Shown: positions 52,574 through 62,484 of the stretch, piece by piece
Layout of the letters: every line of letters starts with the position of its first letter
How positions within the stretch are numbered: position 1 is the first letter of the stretch
NCBI GenBank assembly: GCA_002811645.1
Contig: PDIP01000260.1
Span: forward strand, 1-64,000
Length of the DNA: 64,000 bases
From: Corallochytrium limacisporum Hawaii
Lineage: Eukaryota; Protista; Pluriformea
Direction of reading: 5' to 3'
Made by a program: the position numbers and the translations under genes
Notes under the pieces: model-generated
The model's database searches: none
What the model saw: the letters and a program-made list of their open reading frames with translations, nothing else
Told to the model about the DNA's origin: nothing

Positions 52574-52591
52574 CCCCCCGGGGGGGGGGGG
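52574..52591. repeat. C6G12 dyad (ca-C6-G12-tg)
   Basis: Read directly; head-to-tail spacer upstream of CEP20. Confidence 0.85.
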
Positions 52592-52836
52592 TGTCCCCCT
52601 TTCCTCCTGTGCGTACTGATCTCCTAGAACCGAGAAACGAGTTGGGCAGGACCAGAACAAGGAGTCAAGACGACTAGATGTTTGGCCTTTTGATTACGAC
52701 ATTAGCATGCCATTCTAGACCGCTTGCATGTGTCACTGTATTGATATAATCTGGAAGATACGCTGCAGTCTTGGTGGGTAGCGCACCCCACTATCGACCA
52801 AGCCACACGCAAGTCGCCCCTAGCTCAACTGCGAAT

Positions 52837-53322
52837 CTACTTGGTCTTCTCCTTCGCGGTACCACCTTGAGACACACTGCCAAGTGCTTGAAGGACCACA
52901 CTGACCAGAACACTGAAGAAAGCGATAGTATGGCCGAAGCCAATGCGATCCACCTCATGGCGTAGAGCTGAAAGGTTCTCCTCGTTGTATTCCATGCGAG
53001 CAATATTCAAACGAGCAGGTGTAAGCTCGGTAAAAAAGAGGTAAAGAGTTGGCACACCGCAGGCTACTGTGGCTACATCAGTTGGCCGAAATCCCTTCGA
53101 GAAGAGCTTGAAGAGCACCCCTGCAAAAGCGACTGCGATACACGTAGGAACCATGGCCCGGAGCTGTCCCGGCCCTTTCGTTTCTAGCAAGGTGTTGTGA
53201 CTGTAGTACATATGTACATCTCTAAGGGGATCCGGGGTAGTATCCGGACCGATGTCATACATCAAGTCAATGGTAATTACACCAAGAAGGACACCATATC
53301 CCGCACAAATCAGGCTGTCCAT
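52837..53322 (-). CDS. Small 4-TM membrane protein, possibly Shr3-like
   Basis: Four hydrophobic segments; motifs DLMYD, MYY, GVLFKLF, VLVSVVLQA loosely recall the fungal ER chaperone Shr3. Confidence 0.55.
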   Translation of the reverse strand: MDSLICAGYGVLLGVITIDLMYDIGPDTTPDPLRDVHMYYSHNTLLETKGPGQLRAMVPTCIAVAFAGVLFKLFSKGFRPTDVATVACGVPTLYLFFTELTPARLNIARMEYNEENLSALRHEVDRIGFGHTIAFFSVLVSVVLQALGSVSQGGTAKEKTK

Positions 53323-54010
53323 TGTTAGAGAGCTACAAAATGTTAGTACTGAACAGTCACGGCTGTGTAATTTGCATAACTGCATTAGAACCGTCGTTAA
53401 GAACCTGGCACACTGTCAGTACTCCCGTGTGCAAACCACAATACAAAGTTCCACAGGTACGCACTCTGAGCCACCGGAGAAACATACACCAACGATGACA
53501 AGTCCGGTCTAGTTCGTGCTCGAATATTTTGACCGGATACTCATAGGTCAAGGCTTAACGTTCGGCATAGGAGTACCCCTTCCTTGGTGATCCCTTTAGC
53601 CTCCCTGCAATAGTGAAATTCATTTGATACTTCCCCTCTTTCAAACAAACGTTAAAAATCCATCTTTTCGATTTTTCCTTAGTGCTCTCAGCGGGTGGCC
53701 ATACAAGAGGCGAGTGGGCACGACGAGTAAGGAGCCTGACCATTGGATTGCAGGGCTGGAATTGTTGGGTCAAGGTAGAATATGGCCCAGTTTGCCGGGT
53801 TGCAGAAAGATGAGCGCAAGCGACAGAAGTAAGGGCAGCGCAGACGAAGGGTAGAAGAGAGTTCAACGGTTTCCGCACAACGCGTATGCGGATAAGGAGG
53901 ACTCATCACACTTGACGCAGAACACGCAATGGTGTTGTGGTATGTAATTATGTAAAGTTTTATGAGGAGCCGTGAGGCCTGGTCCAGTTGAACACGACGT
54001 CGCCTGCGCA

Positions 54011-55090
54011 ATGAGTACAGAACAGAATGATTCAGACCAGGGTAACTGGTACAAGGCCCTGTGGGAAAATACAACTCGGGATTTGAAGGAGTTTGCGAAC
54101 ACTGTGACAACAGAATCAAACAAAGTAATTGAAACTGCATCCAAGAGGTTGGGTCCCGAAAGCCTGCAGTCAACTGATGGAAGTCAACAGAATACAGCCG
54201 AGGAGAGCCAGCGACGAGAAGAACAGGAACAAGGCTTTGTCTCCGAAGCTGTTGGCAATATTTGGAATACCCTCTCCAGTACAATCTCAGAAGGAGTCGG
54301 ACAACAGGATGCTACTAAGCGCCAAGTTTCAAGGTATGCAGCGGGAGCTGTGAAAACCTGTGCGGCTGCGAACGGATATGATGGATTTCATAAGATCTTT
54401 AGTTTGGAAGATTGCAGGGATGAAATTGAAGCTATCCGGGAAGAAAACCCAGAAGTGGACGGTGTCCTTGAAAAATTGGTACCGGACTATATGGATGAAG
54501 ATGAGTTTTGGTGCCGAGTCTCTTTCCTCAGTGACCATCAACAGGCAATAAGGCGGAAAGCGCTGCACCGCGCTAGACAAGTGATATCCGGAGGACCTTG
54601 TGCGGATGATACGACTAGGAAGGCGGAGAAGATTGCTAGCCTTGCTACTGAATCAGACTTCAAGCCATCAGTGAATCGCACAAGCGCGTTAGAGGCCACT
54701 GGTGGGCTTGAATGGGGTGACGATGGCTTGGAAATCAGTCAGGAGGAGCCGCAGGAGAATGCAAGTGGTGGCCTGAATAAGGATGGAGCCCAGGCCCTTG
54801 CCCCGGTTCCAGCCGTTACCTCAAAGCTGCAGGCCGTCGATATCAAATCATCTCCAATGAAGGACGACGCAAATGAAGATGATTTGATGGATGATTGGGG
54901 ATTAGACGATGGCAGTGAAGATGACCAGGATAAGATTAAAGATGGCGGTGATCCGAATCCCGCAGAAGGTTCAGTTCCTGATACCAGCACCGCCGGCGTC
55001 AAGCCAGCTGCAAAGGAGCCATCAGCCAGCACCGCTGCCGGCACCACCGCAGAAACCCAAGATGATGATGACTGGGAGACATGGGATTAA
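54011..55090 (+). CDS. BSD-domain protein (BSDC1/Dos2-like)
   Basis: TRDLKEF, EKLVPDYMDEDEFWCRV BSD motif, acidic tail DDDDWETWD. Confidence 0.8.
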   Translation: MSTEQNDSDQGNWYKALWENTTRDLKEFANTVTTESNKVIETASKRLGPESLQSTDGSQQNTAEESQRREEQEQGFVSEAVGNIWNTLSSTISEGVGQQDATKRQVSRYAAGAVKTCAAANGYDGFHKIFSLEDCRDEIEAIREENPEVDGVLEKLVPDYMDEDEFWCRVSFLSDHQQAIRRKALHRARQVISGGPCADDTTRKAEKIASLATESDFKPSVNRTSALEATGGLEWGDDGLEISQEEPQENASGGLNKDGAQALAPVPAVTSKLQAVDIKSSPMKDDANEDDLMDDWGLDDGSEDDQDKIKDGGDPNPAEGSVPDTSTAGVKPAAKEPSASTAAGTTAETQDDDDWETWD

Positions 55091-55157
55091 AGATTACACT
55101 AAGAAAATCTATTTGTTACGACCATCTATGGCTGGTTCTGATTTTCGTGATGGTGGT

Positions 55158-55862
55158 CTACCCTCTTGAGATGTCTACCCCGACCGACGATGAAAATCTA
55201 GCATTCTCATCAACATTCCCTGTCATTGGAGACTCTGATGGCAAGCTTTCCATAACCTTTTTCACTAGCGATATCGGCTCTGGTACGACAAGAATATTCA
55301 GTCGTTCAGCATGGTGCAGGAATCCTTCCTCCTCCATGTGCTTGAGCTGTGCCAGCAGATGCTCGTAAAAGCCGTTAATGTTGAGTAATCCTATGGGCTT
55401 GTGTTGAATATTGAGTTGGTTCCATGTCACCATCTCTACAACTTCTTCTAGAGTTCCCAGCCCTCCGGGCAGCGCAATGAAGGCACTTGCCGTCTTTGCA
55501 AACTGTGCTTTGCGCTCATGCATCGAATCAACAATTCGCATCTCTGAACAGTGTGTATTGGCATGTTCATACCTCTGCATAAACTCCGGCATCACTCCGA
55601 TCACATACCCACCAGCGGAAGCGACTCCTTCGGCAACTTTTCCCATAATTCCATTTTTGGATCCTCCGTAGACTAGCCCGTATCCATACTTGACAATTTG
55701 CTTTCCAAGCTCAATGGCGGCATCACTGTACTCTGGACGGTTGCCGAACCCAGATCCGCAGTAAACGCAAATAAACTTGTCGGGTTTCGCAGCCATTTTG
55801 GAACTCTCTGTTTTCCATGTCTGTACCCCTTTCATGGACACCTGCAGGAAGGTTTCATCCAT
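55158..55862 (-). CDS. LOG: LOG-family nucleotide phosphoribohydrolase
   Basis: ICVYCGS, LVYGG, SMHERK, PGGLGTLEE signature. Start could be 55862, 55835 or 55796. Confidence 0.93.
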   Translation of the reverse strand: MDETFLQVSMKGVQTWKTESSKMAAKPDKFICVYCGSGFGNRPEYSDAAIELGKQIVKYGYGLVYGGSKNGIMGKVAEGVASAGGYVIGVMPEFMQRYEHANTHCSEMRIVDSMHERKAQFAKTASAFIALPGGLGTLEEVVEMVTWNQLNIQHKPIGLLNINGFYEHLLAQLKHMEEEGFLHHAERLNILVVPEPISLVKKVMESLPSESPMTGNVDENARFSSSVGVDISRG

Positions 55863-58800
55863 GATATCTCTCAAAGACCCTTTTCTCGATACAGCTCTGC
55901 AGATCAACCTCTGTGCGTCCGGACCGCCTATGCCACCCTTGAATCCCGAGTGAGGCCGCGAAGCGGGCCGTCACACCCCGTGCCTCCCCCTCTCCTCCCC
56001 CAAGGGGTCTCCTCGGCTCAACAGCCAGTCCCCCCGTGCGGATCGGTCCGATTTCGCCGGTACCAACCCGAGCCGCTCTCGCCTCTTCCCGATGGCTCGG
56101 GTCCCCCAATTGGGTAGAGCGCCAGGCTCGTGAGCATGTGGTGCGTATACGAGTAGCGAATTGAGATGTTAATGGGATTTTTGCCTTAAATGACTTTCGC
56201 ATTGTCCTCTGTCCCATGTCTTTGGTCCGAACCGGTTGGTGTTTCGCGAGAGAGACTCAGGGGGGGGGGGGGGGAGGGACAAAGGCACGCACGCCGTCGT
56301 GTCCCTGAAAAGGTGGTCTCGGAGTGTGACTTTTTTTTTTTTGCAATTTCGATTCGAGCCCACCACTGCCCGCTGGGGATAACACGCGGAATGTACCACT
56401 GCCACACAATACTCTCCGGTGCGTTTGTTTCATTTCCCCCGGTCGGGGATAGGGACCGTTCGGGGAATGGCGAGTGAGAGAGTGAGACAGAGACAGAGAC
56501 AGAGAGAGGCCTGGGTGCGGTGGATGTGCGATGATGCGCGCGTATGCGACACGGGAAGCGAGGAATTGGGTAGAAAAAGGAGGAGGGGAGGGGAAGAAGA
56601 GGGGGGGGGAGGGGGGAAGGGAAGGAGAAAGAGATGTCTGCGCGCCCTCTGGAACCAAGTGGACAACACGCCGAGACAGGGTGGGGTAGGGGAGAGGAGG
56701 GGAGCATGAAACACACATGAAGAGGGCTTAGTCATGGCTGTACAATTATTGATGACTTTCAAGGCGACATTACATTTGAGTGGAGAACGAAAAACTGAGG
56801 TCATTTATTTTTTTTTTCCTTTGGAGCCCGTTTTGCCCTTCGCAGTTGGACCATGCGATCGGCGGCAGGCACTCTCCCTCCCCCTCCATCCTTGCTTGCT
56901 CTTGTGTCTAACCCCATTTGTATTTGAAATTAATTCGTGCGAAGGCGAAGGCAGTCCTAAGCTTTAAAAATCCCCCTTTTCATCCGTGCTCTGCACATTT
57001 ATGGTGTTGGCACGGTGTGTTGCCGGAATCCCATATGTTTCATGGTTCCGGCCCGATAGCTTAATCCGGAGATACATCTGTAAATTGCCCACTTCGTGAC
57101 AGAAGGACATACCGCCAAAATAAAGACGAAAGAAAAGCCACAGGACGAGAGGGAAACGCAAAGGGGGGGGCGCGGGGGGACGAGAGAGTCAACGGGGGGG
57201 CAGTGAGACTTTTACTCTTTTTTTTCTTTGTGTGTGTGCGTATGACTTGGGTGGCAAGAGTGTATTTTTTTATACTTGACCACACCATTTTGGCGCGGAG
57301 ACCAATGGACCCATGTGCTGGCGGCAATCAGGGCCCCCCTCTCCCCTCCCTCCCTCCCCCCCTCCCCAGTCTCCCGCATTGGCACCGGCTTTTTTTTTTA
57401 ACCGCGAACCGAGAGCAGGCGGAGCCCGCCCCCTCCCCCCTTCCTTTCCGCGGGGTAGTTTTCCAAATATAAATTCTCGGTTGTTTTTGCTTCCAACCAC
57501 GGTGATTTGGTCCCAGATATTTAATTTTTTCTGCAATGTTCTCCTGTACCAGTACCGCAAGTGAGAGTGAAAATTTGCCGCCAGGTGCGCCTTCTTTCAA
57601 TGTGGACGGGACCCACCAACGCGAGAAAAAGCCTCCAAGGAACAAAGGCGAAAAGAGACAAAACACAAAAACAAAAGCATAAAAAAAAATAACAAAAAGA
57701 ATAAAGGAAAACACTTTTCGAACGCGCACGCGGGAACCGTTATGCCGGAGGACAAGCGAATACGGTGGCCCACACACACACAGACACACACAGACACCCA
57801 CACGCGCGCCGCGGGGCGGGCGAAGGAAAGCCCCGGAAAGGGGACGAAACAGCAGAGAGAATAAAAAGGGAGGGAAAAGTGAGACAAGAGAGGGAACCGG
57901 GGGGATAAAACACATACACACACACACAGAGTCTGTCGCAAAGAGAGATGCACCACACACCGAGAAGAGAACGAAAAGATGCGCGGTAGAAATTGGTTGT
58001 TTTTACAGGAGAACGGAGGAAAACATTCCTAACAAACGTGTCATCGTGGAAGCTCAGAAATACCAGTAATGCGATGATGTGACTGTGGAGAGAGTGAGAG
58101 AGAGCGAGTCCAACGGTAGTGCACGCACCCGCAGGTTGTATAGCCAACGTACAGGGTTTGAAAGGCATAACACACCACACGGACGAGAACACCAAAACCC
58201 AAAAAGAAAAGAAAAAGGAAAGAAAAAACAAAGCGGAAGAGAAAGGGACACAAAGAGAGAGAGGGAGAGCCACAGAAGCAGGAGACAACGATCGAAGTGG
58301 CGCACCAATCTCACTTTGGCGCGTCAGCAACCGTTCGGGACAGAAAAGGCAAAAATAAATATGAAAATTAGGACCCCGCGAGGCGCCCTTTTCTGGTGCT
58401 CTCGCTTGCTCAACTTTCGCGGCTTTTGATTTTTCCCGTTTTGTTTCAAGCGCGAAAAGAAAGAAAGAAAACAAAAGGGAGACACTGGGGAAATCACTTT
58501 TTCTTTCACCGCTAATAGTGCACCTAGGAATTTCAACTCTGCCGTGGTGTCGGTGTCCAGCCAGCTGGGAACAGGGAAGCCCCGCGCCGAAGAGGAAAAC
58601 AGGGCGAGCAAGAAAGTGTGCGTGGGGTGTGCAACAAAACCAAATAGTAAAAGAACGGCTGTTTACGGACAGTGTTCAATGAACACCACAGGCCAATTCC
58701 ATTATTTTTCCCTTGTGTTTTTCTTTTTGTTTTTTTGCTTGTGTGTTTTTCCCTTTGGGCCTTCGCGCGGATGGCCCTGATTCGTGAAAGTTTGGCCTTC

Positions 58801-59453
58801 GCCCGCAAATTACAAATCCCATATGGGGGAAATAGAGTCTGCTAACACCATAATCAATAATTAGGCCCCTGGTTATGGATGCAATTGTATAGGGTTTTTC
58901 CGTGGTGGAAAATGATTCGCTCTATTTGCGCCCGATTCTTTTTTTTTCCTTTTTTTCTTTTTGCGAGCGGTGGAACTGGGTCGGCAAGTGACGTTTTGGC
59001 TGCCCTTCTCTTCTTCACAAGGACGCCCCCCTGCGGATAACGAAAAGGGGGGAAAAAAGAAAAGAAAAGAAATTATGCACTCCCTGTGGGCAATCAGACT
59101 ACTCGGCAGCCAGCCAGCCAGCCAGCCAGTCAGGCGGTGGTGTGCGAACGCCAATCCTTTCCTTCAACTGACCTCGACCTTTTCTTTGACATTGTTGTGC
59201 TTTTTTCCCCGGGCACTTTCCTGCAAGCACGCCGCTTTGCGTTCGGACGGCCCTGTTTTGGACCTGGTGCGTGCGGAACGTTTGGGCACACTTTTCTTGC
59301 GGCACAGGCCGAGAAACTTTTGGGCCCACCTTCCGCGCGCTTTACCCTTTCTCGTCTCTTACTAAATTCATCGCCGGCTATGGTTTTTTTCTTTCCTTCG
59401 ATGCCCATCCCCAAAACAAAAAGTAAAAAAGGAAAAGGAAAAGAAAAAAGGCC

Positions 59454-59459
59454 TATAAA
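59454..59459 (+). promoter_or_regulatory. Candidate TATA box at a compositional boundary
   Basis: TATAAA exactly where homopolymer-rich DNA switches to mixed-composition DNA. Confidence 0.3.
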
Positions 59460-61488
59460 CCCCTCACACTAACGAGTGAGCCACACTGGCAGTGGAAGCG
59501 AGACAGCCCTACTAACCGTGGTAGGTGTTGATGTGTGAGATTGGAATGCCTGGGGGGCTGTGCGTAAGCCCAGTAAATGCACACCCTTGCAGTCCATCCC
59601 AGCGGATCACATCATTATCGCTTCTTTTTAGCTTGAAATGAGTCTGGTTCGAACATCATCATCATCATGGTGGCAACGCTACTACGGGGCGCTCAACCTC
59701 TTGAATACACGCACTCAGATCGTCAGCTAAAGCTGCCCGCAAATCGACCGCGCTGGCTGTTGGTTGGTTTGTGCTTCGCTGATAATGACGATGACTCTCC
59801 CACCTCGAGATTCAAGCGACCGCGGCAATAGCGGAAGAGGCCATCATCAAGCCACTCGGGAGTGTTGTGCTATAATGGCCATTTGACGCGATTGACACGT
59901 TCGCGACCCCCTAGCTTGCTTCTCTGGATCCCACCACATTCCGCAAGCAAGCAAGAAAGCAGTGCAGGAATAGCAAAGAAGTAAAGGGATAGTTGGATGA
60001 TGATGACCAGGCAAACGATGTCGCATTCCACCATACATGTTTAGAAGAAAACAACAACATTAGACGACGGACAGGCAAGGCCCGAACCAATTTGTGGTTT
60101 TCATGTGCAGACTCACTGTCCCTGTGGGCCTATCCACTAAACTCCGCCCGCCCGTGAGAGCTGCATTGTTTTGCTTTTTCATTGATTCCTGGCGTCCTGG
60201 CGCACGTGGGTGGCCGGTTGTTTATGTACGGTTTGCGGTTCTCGTGCGGGAGTCAATTTATCAATAATTTTGACTCCCCGTCCCGTCTCCTTGCTCCGAT
60301 TGGTTCAAAGAATGTCCGCCGAACCAACCACAGCAACTTCTCCCAAATCAGCCATGGATTGAGAATGCGGACCAGTTCATACTAGAGTGCGAATGATGCA
60401 CTAGCGACATCACCATCAATGTCCCTTTGATCGTCATGTTCAGAGCGAATCTTGATTCTCAGGGACATTGAGTACGATCTGTCCCTGCGACCTTATTTGT
60501 AAATCGTGCCGGGATTGATCGCATGACAAGACAGATACAAGGTGATTTCCTCACAAGTTGTGGAGCTCCAAACCTGTTCAACTTTTTACATACACATCCT
60601 CGTTGCTGATAGCAAACAGTGTCTTCTCTGATCTCGACAGAATACTAGATTGCCAGGCAATTAATACCCCTGCCCCCCATTCTTCGGAAGAATCATAAGG
60701 CATGTGAGGATGCACCTCATTCTGGCTCAATGTGCAGATGTCCTAGGAATAATGGTGTGCACATGATGGTGTGAACATCTTTCCGTTAGCGAAGCAATAG
60801 TCAGCACAAACGGCTTGGACTTGGCCGGAGCTGAGTCAGCCGTGTGTGTTGTTTGTAGACTGTCCCGTGACATGGCCCTTTCTTGTGGTGCTGCAGGTAA
60901 AGCTGCTGCAATTATCAATGTCGTGGTGGTTGTTTCCTTGCATTCTCCTGCATGTGTTCCCATCCTAATCAAACACATGTGTTTGTAAGTGGCGGGACGG
61001 AGTTTGGCATGGCATAGGCATGGTGGTTTGTCTGCATAAAATTGATTGCCGATCCATCGGCAACCGAACTAAATCAATCGACTGGAGGCGTTCATTGGAC
61101 CTTCACCTAGCCGAGAAGCATGTCAAAGCCATGACGATGTCCAAATGGGCACATCCACAGTTTTGATTGAGTGTAATGTGGAAACCTCTGCGACATGCAC
61201 TTGATGTGCGGCACTTTACGAGGGTGCGATTCACTAGCACTACCAAGCTGTACGGTCCGGTGGGACACAGAGAAGTACAGGCGAGCGAAAGGACCAACAC
61301 TTTCACGAACGGCAGGTATGCGATGTGGTCAGGATGATCGTGACGGAAACGGATGCGATGAGACTGCTCTGGGCACGGGACCATGAAAAGGAAAGCCACT
61401 GGACCCGTGGGCGAGACCGAGCCGGTGCCCAGCGAGACCGCACCGGTTGGGGGTTGGTGGGGTTGGTGGGTGTGGGGAAGGGGGGAGC

Positions 61489-61501
61489 TTTGGGCGCGAA
61501 A
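61489..61501. promoter_or_regulatory. E2F-type site (TTTCGCGCCCAAA on - strand) after a G-run tract, upstream of SIVA-like gene
   Basis: Canonical TTTCGCGC; G-run cluster at 61449-61485. Confidence 0.45.
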
Positions 61502-61942
61502 GATTTGGAGAGGGAATCGCAGCGGTCTGTGGCTCTCCGGGTTTGCGGAGAGTCCCTCTCCTGTCCTGCGCTCTCCCCCCGATCACCTGCGGGTTGGCCA
61601 GAGTCAAACGTACGGGTCCTGAGTCGAGACATTACGCTCGTCCGCCCGAGCTAGATCCCAAAAGAAGATGGGTATGGTCTAAATATGATCATCTGGCAAC
61701 ACTTCTCATTCTGGAGTCTAGTATTCATTATGCGAGGGTGTGCTATTAGAGGTTAGCGGCTTTTTCGTAGAGCGCCAGCAGTCTCTATCTTGATCACTGT
61801 AAACTGTCAAATCCGCGTAATGACGCTAAGTTGCAGCCAGATCTTGAACTCGATTATAAAGAATAGTATCATAAAGTAAAAGGACATGTTATCCGTGGTC
61901 AATGTCCCACGCAACAACTGCCCACACACACCGTGGCTGGCC

Positions 61943-62326
61943 ATGAGTGAAAGAGGATCTGCATCTAAAAGTATAGCCAACGCCGAAGGCGTGGGAGGCC
62001 GAAAGCGGCCAAGATCTGACTATGACGAAGCGGACAGACAGCCACTGCTGCATAGACCAAGGTTGGACCGGGACCAACAGGAAATCGAGCAGCGGACACT
62101 GCAGATGCTTCAGAGAGGGGCAATGCGGGAACAGATGGGCAGTCAGACCCAGAACACCCCACAGGCACGTTGCAGCCACTGCGAAAAGATGACTACGGGC
62201 TCACTACTCCCGTGCTACGCCTGCCAGCGATCCTTTTGTTGTCTATGTTCTGTGACGTCATATTCAAATACTGTGGAGAAATCGTATTGTCTGGACTGCT
62301 ACCAGGGACATGCACCTCACTTCTAG
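61943..62326 (+). CDS. SIVA1: SIVA-like zinc-finger protein
   Basis: EIEQRTLQMLQRGA resembles SIVA EVFEKTKRLLFLGA; CQRSFCCLCSV....EKSYCLDC resembles the SIVA C-terminal finger. Alternative ATG at 61886. Confidence 0.7.
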   Translation: MSERGSASKSIANAEGVGGRKRPRSDYDEADRQPLLHRPRLDRDQQEIEQRTLQMLQRGAMREQMGSQTQNTPQARCSHCEKMTTGSLLPCYACQRSFCCLCSVTSYSNTVEKSYCLDCYQGHAPHF

Positions 62327-62484
62327 GGATTTACACAAAACATACATTGGCCAGTGAGCCGAATAGAAATAAATATCCGTTAACATTGTCTATGTCTCTA
62401 TTGTGATTAAATTCGCACCTTTTCCGGGGAACTGTTAAGCTAGAACACGGAAGAAAGGATAAATTTAAGGTGCATCCTTGATCG

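Noticed and set aside
56169-59472. Numerous 100-240 aa ORFs rich in F/L/S/P or K/R/E
   Set aside because: Products of low-complexity homopolymer DNA, mostly non-ATG starts, no domains.
59618-59656. ATCGCTTCT...GGTTCGAAC resembling the U2 snRNA 5' end or a tRNA B-box
   Set aside because: No U2 branch-pairing GTGTAGTA and no cloverleaf can be formed.
59480-61100. Telomerase RNA or snoRNA identity for the hairpin-rich region (Sm-like AATTTGTGG at 60089, TGATGA runs)
   Set aside because: No CTAACCCT-type template spotted on either strand, and no well-spaced C/D or H/ACA boxes with convincing rRNA guides.
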